Shown: positions 38,227 through 46,897 of the stretch, piece by piece
Layout of the letters: each line of letters starts with the position of its first letter
How positions within the stretch are numbered: the first letter of the stretch is position 1
Source: a virus
Taxonomy: Duplodnaviria; Caudoviricetes
Virus record (IMG/VR): IMGVR_UViG_3300035208_002115
Reading direction: 5' to 3' (one strand)
Length of the DNA: 64,000 bases
The notes under the pieces: model-generated
Seen by the model: only the letters and a program-made list of their open reading frames with translations
Database searches by the model: none
What the model was told of the DNA's origin: nothing
Position numbers and translations under genes: made by a program

Positions 38227-39027
38227 TTAAAAAGAATCTTCTAAACTCATTATAAGTTTCTGCATATTAGCTCTGTAAAACCCAGCACAATTTATACATC
38301 CACATTCAACTATTTTATATTCACCGTTCACCAGACACAAATCCATAACAAAAGCATCATTTAATTGGAAAATATTCACCATTTTCTTACAGAAATCATA
38401 AGCTGGTTGGTCAATATTTTCATTTAAACAATATCTTCCACCTAATCTATATTGACTGGCTGTAACGACTTCACCTTTCACAATCCAGAACCGTATTTCT
38501 TGCTGTATGTTTTTAATAGAAGAAATTTGTATTTCAGTATCAACATTTAATAAATTTGATATTTGAATAGTAGTACCATCGTCAAAAGTGACAGTTGAAT
38601 TATCATTATTCAAAACACTTTCTTTAAAGTTTCTCCACTGTTCCATATCAAAGATTTTACCCGTAAACACTTTAGTATCCTTGGTTGGCCTTGCAAAAAA
38701 TATTTCTTTACTGAAAAACTCATCACCAAACCGATATACTTTAGAATCCCAGTTTAATAGCTTTTCTCTATAATATTCACGGTATACTAAATAATCATGA
38801 TTGTCGTTCATCTGCGACCCAGGTCTCCATCCGAGACCCTTTGATACCCTCGCCAGTTTCATAGAGCCAAACGGAAATATATCTTTTCTTTTAGTTTTAA
38901 TCTTTATATCATCAATAAATGGTAAAACTTTAACAACTTCATAGGGTAATTTCAACCTGTCTAAAGCTATTATTAAATTATTATAATTTTCTTCTTTAAA
39001 CGTATTCTCTTGAACAATATAATACAT
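38227..39027 (-). CDS. ATP-grasp protein (R2K/DUF4343-like)
   Basis: FGS, FARP..DTKVFTG, EIRFWIV.G.VVTASQY, FVMDL, KIVE....N.AGFY. Confidence 0.8.
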   Translation of the reverse strand: MYYIVQENTFKEENYNNLIIALDRLKLPYEVVKVLPFIDDIKIKTKRKDIFPFGSMKLARVSKGLGWRPGSQMNDNHDYLVYREYYREKLLNWDSKVYRFGDEFFSKEIFFARPTKDTKVFTGKIFDMEQWRNFKESVLNNDNSTVTFDDGTTIQISNLLNVDTEIQISSIKNIQQEIRFWIVKGEVVTASQYRLGGRYCLNENIDQPAYDFCKKMVNIFQLNDAFVMDLCLVNGEYKIVECGCINCAGFYRANMQKLIMSLEDSF

Positions 39028-39032
39028 AATAT

Positions 39033-40370
39033 TTATTTTATACCTGTTGAACCAAATCCACTTTCACCACGTTCTGTTTCATTAACATCAAAACTATCAA
39101 CTTCGTCCCATTCAAAATGGACAATATGTTTCGGTATTATTTGAACTAATTTCATCGGTAAAACTAAGTCTGGTGCAGATTCATCAATTTTAATCAATGC
39201 TACCATGATATTACCTAAATATGTTCTATCTATAATACCAATTGAATTTGCCAGCATATAACCTGTTTTACTTATTGAACTTCTTGGTACTAATTCAAAA
39301 TAATATCCAAATTTAGGTTTAACTTTTATACCAGTATCATAAAATTCTACCTTACCAACTGTTTTTATTTTTTCTAATAAAACTAAATCATACCCAGAAT
39401 CAGATGCCCGTACTTTTGATGGCGGTATTGCATCTTTTCTTGTTTTAGACCATTGACAATGTTCATTTTTATAGTATTTACTGTATGATACAGATGGTAT
39501 CCAAGTTGATATATCTAAATAAATTTCATATTTTCTAATTAATCTATATTTAGATTGACTGCTATATAATTTATTTAAAAAATCAAGAGCATTATTACCA
39601 TACCAACTTAAATCTATACCGTTTTCAGAACAGGGAATTTTACAGAAATCAATTATAGCTTTTCGCATTTCAATCGAACTGGATGTAATTTTACATTCTG
39701 GGTTACAATGTTCATCATCGATGTTATGAATTGAACCATCACCATCAAATAAACCTCTTAAAAAAACCCACTTTAATTCATCATTTTCTAAATCAGGAAA
39801 GCATACAACATGTGACTTTTTTTCTGGTTTAATATTTAAAAGTTTACATACATCATTTGAAATTGTTTTTGAATTAATTGAAAATGAAACCAAATCTTCC
39901 TTTGGATTACTTATTGGTAGTTCACAACAAATAATATCTCTTAATATTTCCAGACATTTCACATCTTTTTTATGGATAGCTATTGTTATAGTACTTGGTG
40001 TAATTGAACCATCACTTGCAATCCAACCTAACAAATAAGCTTTTTCTTCATTATTGACTTCTTTAAAAAAATTATCATCTAAATTATATTTAGAATTCGG
40101 ATTATTTCTTCCCATATACATTTTTTCTTTTATTTTATTTGAACAAATTTTTGAACATGTAATACCATATTCATTTTTAATTCTTTTTAATCTTTTAGGT
40201 TTAACATGAAAATCTTTTCCACATACATAGCATTTTGCATTATTTTCAGCCGATTTATATTTTCCTAAACATTCTTTTGAACAAGTTTTATATCTTTTTA
40301 CTCTACTAAGAAAAATAAACTCTTTTTTTCCACAAACTTCACATTGAACTTCTATTTTCATATATACCAT
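39033..40370 (-). CDS. dut: dUTPase fused to N-terminal Zn-ribbon repeats and LAGLIDADG homing endonuclease
   Basis: SGYDL, PRSS, GIIDRTY.G, RGESGFGSTG; AYLLGWIASDG and FLRGLFDGDG; two CxxCGK...TCSxxC repeats. Confidence 0.88.
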   Translation of the reverse strand: MVYMKIEVQCEVCGKKEFIFLSRVKRYKTCSKECLGKYKSAENNAKCYVCGKDFHVKPKRLKRIKNEYGITCSKICSNKIKEKMYMGRNNPNSKYNLDDNFFKEVNNEEKAYLLGWIASDGSITPSTITIAIHKKDVKCLEILRDIICCELPISNPKEDLVSFSINSKTISNDVCKLLNIKPEKKSHVVCFPDLENDELKWVFLRGLFDGDGSIHNIDDEHCNPECKITSSSIEMRKAIIDFCKIPCSENGIDLSWYGNNALDFLNKLYSSQSKYRLIRKYEIYLDISTWIPSVSYSKYYKNEHCQWSKTRKDAIPPSKVRASDSGYDLVLLEKIKTVGKVEFYDTGIKVKPKFGYYFELVPRSSISKTGYMLANSIGIIDRTYLGNIMVALIKIDESAPDLVLPMKLVQIIPKHIVHFEWDEVDSFDVNETERGESGFGSTGIK

Positions 40371-40409
40371 TTTTATAGTATATATAAAAATCTATCGTTC
40401 CCGTATAAT

Positions 40410-40724
40410 TTATTTTAGAATATCTTCTATCTTTGCTTTTCTTGTTGCATTTTTATCCAAAATAAAACGTTCGGCTATGAAAATTTTATCTGGGAATTCT
40501 TTTAAACTTATGATTTGAGGTGTATCAAGATGTTTATTATTGGATAATATTCTTATTTCAAATGCTTTTAATATTTCATCATCACAAGAACAATCTCGTA
40601 ATACTGTATAATTATCACACCATGACAAACACTTATAATCATCATATATTACATAGAAACGATTTTCAGCATAACCAGCCATAGTAGAAAATGTTATTAT
40701 ATCACCAACTTTAAATTCTTGCAT
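40410..40724 (-). CDS. C-tag protein, FKVGD family
   Basis: FKVGDII...AERFILD...TRKAKIEDILK. Confidence 0.7.
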   Translation of the reverse strand: MQEFKVGDIITFSTMAGYAENRFYVIYDDYKCLSWCDNYTVLRDCSCDDEILKAFEIRILSNNKHLDTPQIISLKEFPDKIFIAERFILDKNATRKAKIEDILK

Positions 40725-41038
40725 TATAATATATCTAAACTATTAATTTTTTTCTTTCTTGTTTCAGTCACATTTAATACAAATCTATCAGCTTTGAATA
40801 TATGTTTTGTAAAGAATGCGTTAATATCTACAACAAGTAATTCTTCTAAAGTGATAATTTCAAAAATAGCTACATCATGTATTTGTTTATGAATTGACAA
40901 TACTGTATAATTTTCACCCAAGGTTAATAAAACATAATTATCAGGTATTGGAATTTTATATTGATGTGTTACAGGATTATAAAAACCATGTTCTTCAGCA
41001 CAATCTATACATGTTACAACATCACCAATCTGAAACAT
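40724..41038 (-). CDS. C-tag protein, GDxVxC family
   Basis: MFQIGDVVTCID...LTLGENYTV...ADRFVL...TRKKKINSL. Confidence 0.7.
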   Translation of the reverse strand: MFQIGDVVTCIDCAEEHGFYNPVTHQYKIPIPDNYVLLTLGENYTVLSIHKQIHDVAIFEIITLEELLVVDINAFFTKHIFKADRFVLNVTETRKKKINSLDIL

Positions 41039-41042
41039 AAAA

Positions 41043-41219
41043 TTAAATTTTAATAACAAGCCAACCAATCACATACTCAGTGATAATTTCACCATCATCA
41101 GTTCGCCAGTCATGTCCATCAAATACTGCAATAACATATCCCAGATAGCAATAATCGGGACACTGAACAATACACGGGTCAGTCACGGGTTTTTTCGGAT
41201 TTAATAATTTAAATTTCAT
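41043..41219 (-). CDS. small hypothetical protein (58 aa, not in ORF track)
   Basis: MKFKLLNPKKP...IAVFDGHDW...VIGW. Confidence 0.6.
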   Translation of the reverse strand: MKFKLLNPKKPVTDPCIVQCPDYCYLGYVIAVFDGHDWRTDDGEIITEYVIGWLVIKI

Positions 41220-41223
41220 AATT

Positions 41224-41445
41224 TTAATGCTTTATAATTTCATTTGCGTAAAATTCACAAACATATCTTTGATATTTTGGACGAACATAAATATAAAAAC
41301 CGTCAATACTAATTATTCTTCCGAGTATTGGACTTGGATTATTTTTTAAATCGAATGGAATATTTCCTATAATTTCTATTATATCACCAACTCTAAATCG
41401 AGGTCGGTATGGAATTATATTGACTAAATAAGAATCAATCTCCAT
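41224..41445 (-). CDS. small SH3/KOW-like protein
   Basis: FRVGDII...GRIISIDG..IYV. Confidence 0.6.
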   Translation of the reverse strand: MEIDSYLVNIIPYRPRFRVGDIIEIIGNIPFDLKNNPSPILGRIISIDGFYIYVRPKYQRYVCEFYANEIIKH

Positions 41446-41653
41446 ACAAAATTTCTTTTATTTTAAGCATTCTCTGATGTTGTAATTGTAATTTTTTAGA
41501 ATTGTTAATCAAAAAGTCTGTTTCTTTTTTCATTATATCATATAAACAATAATGACAGACGTATTCTCCACGTCTTTTGACTAAATTATATTCTGTCCCA
41601 CAATTACAGCAAGTTTTCATATCATCGTTCTGTTTTACTCCCACATCTTTCAC
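41435..41653 (-). CDS. C-tag Zn-finger protein
   Basis: CCNCG...CHYC; QRMLKIKEIL. Confidence 0.65.
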   Translation of the reverse strand: MKDVGVKQNDDMKTCCNCGTEYNLVKRRGEYVCHYCLYDIMKKETDFLINNSKKLQLQHQRMLKIKEILYGD

Positions 41654-41762
41654 AAAAATTTATTTCAATTAAATCACCTTCCCACGTTTCTTCCAAACCC
41701 CATTCATCATCATATTCGTGATATCCTAACCAAGATAATATATTACCTATTTTTCTTTTCAT
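41622..41762 (-). CDS. small protein (46 aa, not in ORF track)
   Basis: MKRKIGNILSWLGYH...FCERCG. Confidence 0.55.
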   Translation of the reverse strand: MKRKIGNILSWLGYHEYDDEWGLEETWEGDLIEINFCERCGSKTER

Positions 41763-41763
41763 A

Positions 41764-41988
41764 TTATTGATAAGTTACAGAAACATACTTTACTGATTGT
41801 CCTTTATAATCGAATTCCCAGCGATTAATTACATATTCATGTTCGGCCTTAGATTTACCATAATACATCTCATATTTCTGTTCCCAGAAACCGTCTGGTT
41901 TTTGAAACCAAAATTTAACCTCATATGATTCTGAGTAGAGAACATGTTCGTTCTTCTTTATCTCATCGTATTTAAGTATTTTTCCCAT
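41764..41988 (-). CDS. hypothetical protein
   Basis: 74 aa ORF. Confidence 0.6.
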   Translation of the reverse strand: MGKILKYDEIKKNEHVLYSESYEVKFWFQKPDGFWEQKYEMYYGKSKAEHEYVINRWEFDYKGQSVKYVSVTYQ

Positions 41989-42018
41989 AGACTTGTGTTT
42001 ATATCAAAGGAATATATA

Positions 42019-42261
42019 TTATTCCAAAATACCAAGACTCTTTATCTTTTTTTTCCTAAGATTTGGTATAAGTTGTTTATGACAATCTGGACAAAAAACA
42101 CCTGATTCTATTTCAACATATTGCATGAGTTCAAAATGATTTAGTGGTGTGTCACAGTATTTACATCTCCAATTTCTATCCAATGACGATAATGTCATAT
42201 TCTTACCGTAATCTGGTAATTCATTAACTCGCCAACTATGGTCACCAAGTCTACTCATCAA
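42019..42261 (-). CDS. C-tag Zn-finger protein
   Basis: CKYC...CPDC; LRKKKIKSL. Confidence 0.7.
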   Translation of the reverse strand: MMSRLGDHSWRVNELPDYGKNMTLSSLDRNWRCKYCDTPLNHFELMQYVEIESGVFCPDCHKQLIPNLRKKKIKSLGILE

Positions 42262-42466
42262 AAAGTTCTTTAAGTTTTAAATATCTTTCGTGTAATTTTG
42301 TGAGTGTTGCACTAAAAATTGTCCAACCATTATTATAATAAATAAACATGGTTTGTGTATGCAATTCATAATACACATCATATTCTTGTGGAAAATCTGG
42401 TTTATGATGATGCCATTTAAAGCCACCATTATCAAGAAGTGAATCAATATGATTTTTATTACCCAT
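42251..42466 (-). CDS. C-tag protein
   Basis: Ends ERYLKLKELFDE. Confidence 0.7.
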   Translation of the reverse strand: MGNKNHIDSLLDNGGFKWHHHKPDFPQEYDVYYELHTQTMFIYYNNGWTIFSATLTKLHERYLKLKELFDE

Positions 42467-42752
42467 TAAATCCAGTTATCCTTGTGTATTTCTGTTGATA
42501 CCTGATAGAAATTGCCTTATATTTTATGTAGTCCGTACCACTCTCATATTCCCAATAAGCACCACCAGCATTTTTTATTTTACCAATACAAGCTTCGTAG
42601 ATTAAATGATAGCTGGTGTTAACAATCTGTTCAGCTTCAATTATAGTGTTAAACCTTATAGACTTGTCCTTAAAATGTGCTATTACAGGCACATTATATT
42701 TTCGCTGTTTTTTAACTGCGACAGTTTTTGAATTAATAACTTTACTTTTCAT
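42459..42752 (-). CDS. NUMOD1-like DNA-binding protein
   Basis: PV.......FNTIIEAE.......I..AC.G..KNAGG.YWEY. Confidence 0.65.
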   Translation of the reverse strand: MKSKVINSKTVAVKKQRKYNVPVIAHFKDKSIRFNTIIEAEQIVNTSYHLIYEACIGKIKNAGGAYWEYESGTDYIKYKAISIRYQQKYTRITGFNG

Positions 42753-42775
42753 ATAATATTCATTTACTCTATATA

Positions 42776-43042
42776 TTACAAATCATCAAAAATGTTTAAT
42801 AATTTTTGTTTGCGAAATTTGACTAATGAAATAAAATGTTTTTTACTATGAAAATTACTGGTTTCTTCTAACATAACTATATTTTCTAACGCATTATATG
42901 TTACATCGGGATTATCTTCTTCACTAAAATCAACTCTAATTGTGTATATTTCATGTAATTTAATATATTTATTAGGTTTATCTTTGTCCCGTTCTTCTTC
43001 TTCTTTTATACAAACTACTTTATCACCAACTTTATATTTCAT
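42776..43042 (-). CDS. C-tag protein, GDKVVCI family
   Basis: YKVGDKVVCI...IYTI...HFISL.KFRKQKLLNIF. Confidence 0.72.
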   Translation of the reverse strand: MKYKVGDKVVCIKEEEERDKDKPNKYIKLHEIYTIRVDFSEEDNPDVTYNALENIVMLEETSNFHSKKHFISLVKFRKQKLLNIFDDL

Positions 43043-43269
43043 TTTAGAATTTCATTTATTTTCAATTTCCTAAATTCTTCCATAGTAATAAATCGTTCTT
43101 TAGAACAAATATCATTTACACCATGAAGAAACAATCCAGTAATCTCAATATCACGAAAATTAAACAATATATTTGTATCTACTGTGTAAATTTTATACAA
43201 TTCCAACGACATTTCACCATAAAATTTTGGTTCAATACAAACTATTTTATCCCCCTCATTAAAAATCAT
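43039..43269 (-). CDS. C-tag protein, GDKVVCI family
   Basis: GDKIVCI...LELYKIYTV...RFIT..EFRKLKINEIL. Confidence 0.72.
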   Translation of the reverse strand: MIFNEGDKIVCIEPKFYGEMSLELYKIYTVDTNILFNFRDIEITGLFLHGVNDICSKERFITMEEFRKLKINEILK

Positions 43270-43513
43270 TTAATATATTCTTTATTTTCTGCATTCTGAA
43301 TTCATTAATTGAAATAAAATGTTCTTTACACCATAAACTACTTTGATATCTTATCGAATTATTATGTGTATATTTCGCTTTTATGGTTAAACATCCAGCT
43401 ATAACACCTTCAACTATATAAATCTTATTTAATTCCAATTCTATTTCTGGTATAGAATCAGATAATTTACAAGCATCAACAGAAACTACTTTATCACCTT
43501 TTTTAAAAATCAT
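43259..43513 (-). CDS. C-tag protein, GDKVVCI family
   Basis: MIFKKGDKVVSV...LELNKIYIV...HFIS..EFRMQKIKNIL. Confidence 0.72.
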   Translation of the reverse strand: MIFKKGDKVVSVDACKLSDSIPEIELELNKIYIVEGVIAGCLTIKAKYTHNNSIRYQSSLWCKEHFISINEFRMQKIKNILNDF

Positions 43514-43731
43514 ATAAACAATCTTTTCCACCAAGGTAATAAAAACTTATCACCCAGTTTATTGTTTATTCGAATGATAGAACTCCTATAATCACAGTTT
43601 ATATCTAAACAATCAAAAGAATGTTCATCCGCTATGTGTAACATACATCCCAAACTTTCTCTCATGATTCTACCCCTTGGAGTTTTAATCAAACTTTCTT
43701 TCTTACATTTCGGACATTTTTCTAAACTCAT
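43510..43731 (-). CDS. Zn-ribbon small protein
   Basis: CPKC...C....C; ends PWWKRLF. Confidence 0.6.
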   Translation of the reverse strand: MSLEKCPKCKKESLIKTPRGRIMRESLGCMLHIADEHSFDCLDINCDYRSSIIRINNKLGDKFLLPWWKRLFI

Positions 43732-43736
43732 AATTA

Positions 43737-44864
43737 TTACTTTTTAAAATCTTCTTTATCAACACTCACATGCCACACTTTAAAATACTTTTCATAAATA
43801 TCGAATATATCATCATATTTAATATTATCAATATAATTTTCAACATTCCAGTTTTCAGGCATATAACAATGTTCTACATTCTTATATCTTTCTATTTTTT
43901 CCCTTTTAAACTTAGTCATCAGAGAATCTTTAACAACATCAAAACGTTCTGTTGTTAAATATTTTTTTGGATTGTTTAATATCTCATCTAATGTTTCCGT
44001 TAATTCTTTAACATTATTATTAGAGGTTAATGTATGAATATACATGAACCCACAAGAATCCGTCATTTTTTCTATATCACTCTGAACAAAATAAACCAAT
44101 CCACGTTTCTCTCGTAATTCAGAATATAATGGAGATTGTAGTCCAAACCCAAGCATTTTTAAAATGAATGTTACTTGGTAAAAATCATCCAATAAAACAT
44201 TTGAAAAATAAATAATAGATGTTTTTTCTTTAAATGTGTTAGATTTCTGACGAATAAAACTTTTATTATTCAATATTAAATCATAATAAGTATAATACTT
44301 ATCAGCATCTTCAGCAAATTTTATATTTTTATTTTCATATTTCTTACTTTTGGAAACATTGATTATTAAACTTGGATACTTAAATTGTATTTCAAAATAA
44401 TTCTTACAATCTTCATACGTAAGTTTCTTTAAATCAGATAAATCACCAATCGGGCCATAATTATCAAAATATTTTCTGGTTAAATTATAAAAATGGGCAA
44501 CTGGTTGTTCATTGAAGGTATCTCGATATTCTTCAATAACTATTTTCTTTTCATTCTCATATTCTTCTTTAGTAATATTAAACACTGATAAACGGTCAAT
44601 TATTTTATCTCTATATTTATCAAGTTTTTCTTCGAGACCTTGGAATTCAAATGTTATAATATCATTAGTAGTAAATGCATTCCATTCGATATCATCCCTA
44701 CTAAAATCGTCAAAAAACTCATCAACACCTTTACAAACTAAATGTTCCATTAGATGACTTATACCCCGTATACCTTGTTTCTCATTTAAGGTTGAGCCAC
44801 GATGTACTATATAAAAACCTGATAAATCCGTTTCATTTGGCAAATTAATAATTTGATTTTTCAT
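43737..44864 (-). CDS. M16 family zinc metallopeptidase
   Basis: GS..E.....GISHLMEHL (HxxEH), NAFT, EKKIVIEE, SPLYSELREKRGLVY. Confidence 0.9.
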   Translation of the reverse strand: MKNQIINLPNETDLSGFYIVHRGSTLNEKQGIRGISHLMEHLVCKGVDEFFDDFSRDDIEWNAFTTNDIITFEFQGLEEKLDKYRDKIIDRLSVFNITKEEYENEKKIVIEEYRDTFNEQPVAHFYNLTRKYFDNYGPIGDLSDLKKLTYEDCKNYFEIQFKYPSLIINVSKSKKYENKNIKFAEDADKYYTYYDLILNNKSFIRQKSNTFKEKTSIIYFSNVLLDDFYQVTFILKMLGFGLQSPLYSELREKRGLVYFVQSDIEKMTDSCGFMYIHTLTSNNNVKELTETLDEILNNPKKYLTTERFDVVKDSLMTKFKREKIERYKNVEHCYMPENWNVENYIDNIKYDDIFDIYEKYFKVWHVSVDKEDFKK

Positions 44865-44882
44865 TAAAAATATCTTTATTTT

Positions 44883-45128
44883 TTAAACATTATTAATGTT
44901 TAGATTTTCATCAACAGTACCATTATCATTGAGCCTAATTATTTCATTGACTATTTGCATGTTTACACCATGATGACCTTTATATTCCTCTCTTAACTCA
45001 TTTATATCATCACAATAAACTGGATAATCGTCATAATCAAACGTATCACATACTGAAATTATGAATTTAGAACCGTGAGCTTTAGCGGTTTCAATCCATC
45101 TGTCCACATCTTCTCTTGTTGCTGCCAT
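44883..45128 (-). CDS. hypothetical protein
   Basis: 81 aa; VCDTFDYDDYPVY. Confidence 0.7.
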   Translation of the reverse strand: MAATREDVDRWIETAKAHGSKFIISVCDTFDYDDYPVYCDDINELREEYKGHHGVNMQIVNEIIRLNDNGTVDENLNINNV

Positions 45129-45139
45129 TTTTTGTATTT

Positions 45140-45730
45140 TTATTTTAATATATCTCCGAAAATTTCTATTATTTTTTCTTTTCTGAGAATTCCTTTCATA
45201 TTCACGAAATCATTTAATGTTAAATAATGTAATATTAAATTTTTATTATTTAATATATTATTATATATTCTCTTAATTTCAATGAATTTTTTATCTTCCT
45301 TTGTTTCTAAAAAAACACATTTAACATTATTATCATATAATGGTTTAATATCATCTGGGAATTTATATTTAGAAGAAAAATTATCGAATATAAATATTGA
45401 TATCCCTAAATTTTTATATCCATATAATATTTCATTATATTTATCTGTTATATAAATGGTATTACCATTATTCCTGATAACATTTTTTCTATAAGTTACC
45501 CAGCCATACCAATCAATATATCTTTTACATAAAATTTCATCACTCTGTCTTCCATCAGGTGTGAGATATACGCCATTGGTTTTATTATCACTACAAAATT
45601 TAAGTATATAATTTATACCACAGGTAGTCATACCAACTTGTCTTGGTGTGAAGAACCAATGATTCCCATTTGTTACAACGTTTATAAAATATTGGTAAAA
45701 ATCTGTATATGATATGTTTATATCGTCCAT
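45140..45730 (-). CDS. degenerate terminase-ATPase-like domain with C-tag
   Basis: FYQ...PRQVGMTT (cf. gp17 YQ and SRQLGKT), IFIFDN (cf. Walker B hhhhDE), ends LRKEKIIEIF. Confidence 0.6.
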   Translation of the reverse strand: MDDINISYTDFYQYFINVVTNGNHWFFTPRQVGMTTCGINYILKFCSDNKTNGVYLTPDGRQSDEILCKRYIDWYGWVTYRKNVIRNNGNTIYITDKYNEILYGYKNLGISIFIFDNFSSKYKFPDDIKPLYDNNVKCVFLETKEDKKFIEIKRIYNNILNNKNLILHYLTLNDFVNMKGILRKEKIIEIFGDILK

Positions 45731-45737
45731 ATTAAAA

Positions 45738-45770
45738 CAAAAAGGTTCTCTTTTTAAGGGAGAACCTTTT
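45738..45770 (-). terminator. intrinsic terminator (possibly bidirectional)
   Basis: AAAAGGTTCTC/GAGAACCTTTT inverted repeat downstream of the 45775 gene. Confidence 0.7.
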
Positions 45771-45774
45771 CATA

Positions 45775-45906
45775 TTATTTCTTTTTCCCCTTTTTAGAAG
45801 CTAATTTTCCCTTTAAGTTATTAGCTTTTTTAGGATTGGTTTTTTCAAACTCTTTGATGTTGTGTTCCAACTTCTTAATCTGTTTTTCTTTTTTGTCTTT
45901 TCCCAT
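45775..45906 (-). CDS. very basic 43 aa protein (not in ORF track)
   Basis: MGKDKKEKQIKKLEHNIKEFEKTNPKKANNLKGKLASKKGKKK; own AATATATA (45925-45932) and terminator. Confidence 0.65.
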   Translation of the reverse strand: MGKDKKEKQIKKLEHNIKEFEKTNPKKANNLKGKLASKKGKKK

Positions 45907-45937
45907 TTTAATGAATTTTTATTGTATATATTTAAAA

Positions 45938-46225
45938 TTAATGATTTCCTAATACTTTCTTAATTAGTTCCTCCCTTGTGTGAAATACAAACTCGGCATC
46001 AATCTCAATTTTTCTTCCAAATTCTCCAGCAGTTTCAACAATATCATATGATGTTATAAATACACCACCGAATTGACCATGACAAGAAAATCCACTTATT
46101 TTACCATTGTGTATAGTATTATTATCCATAAAATATACTTCATCACCCCAACTATATGGTAAAGTTATTACAATAGGTTCTTTTTTTAATTCATTTACAT
46201 TTGGTGTTTTTATATCTTCTTCCAT
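45938..46225 (-). CDS. hypothetical protein
   Basis: YSWGDEVYFM..N.I...VFHTREELI. Confidence 0.65.
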   Translation of the reverse strand: MEEDIKTPNVNELKKEPIVITLPYSWGDEVYFMDNNTIHNGKISGFSCHGQFGGVFITSYDIVETAGEFGRKIEIDAEFVFHTREELIKKVLGNH

Positions 46226-46234
46226 ATAATATAT

Positions 46235-46897
46235 TTATTTTTTATGTTCATAATTATCTATTACCTTTCTTATTGTAATGGTATACCCAAACATACTTAA
46301 AACTTCTAATAATTTATTTAAAATTATATTAGATTTACCTTGTTCTATCTTTCTTAATACAATAAATGCAATCCCTGTTTTATTTGCGAAAACTTCTTGG
46401 GTAAGACCAGTTAATTTTCTTCTTTCAGAAATAAATCGACCAATTTCAAAATATCCGTTTGAATTGTCAACCTTTATTAAATCATCTAAATCTGGTCGTA
46501 TAGTTGCAGGGAGTATTAAATTTTCATTTAAAAGAATGCACCCTTCTTCAATACATTTGCTAATCCAAAATTTTTCACGAATACCAATATCCAAGTAATC
46601 TTGAACTACTTCTAAGATTTCAATAACTGGTTTATGATTTAATATTTTTAAATCATTCACCCACTCTTTAATTTTATTAGAATGAGAATTTGATAAATGT
46701 TCCATTGGTCTTAACATCCCCCGTGTTGATTTACCAATATAATGTATTCTATTAGTGACAGGACATTTTAAGCAATATATTATTTTTTCCATAAAAATAT
46801 TTAGGTCTTCTGACTCCCTGAATTTTTTGATTATGTCTAATGTATCATTCAATATTTTTTTCATTGAATAATTTTTCCAATTTAAGAAGTCTTTCAC
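46235..46897 (-). CDS. GIY-YIG nuclease fused to XRE-type HTH
   Basis: IIYCL...YIGKS...R...H...E..WI...LLN; RRKLTGLTQEVFA..TGI......KIEQG; start may be 46792. Confidence 0.8.
   Translation of the reverse strand: MKDFLNWKNYSMKKILNDTLDIIKKFRESEDLNIFMEKIIYCLKCPVTNRIHYIGKSTRGMLRPMEHLSNSHSNKIKEWVNDLKILNHKPVIEILEVVQDYLDIGIREKFWISKCIEEGCILLNENLILPATIRPDLDDLIKVDNSNGYFEIGRFISERRKLTGLTQEVFANKTGIAFIVLRKIEQGKSNIILNKLLEVLSMFGYTITIRKVIDNYEHKK

Noticed and set aside
39033-40370. Intein in dUTPase
   Set aside because: The endonuclease precedes the entire dUTPase, and no splice-junction residues are evident
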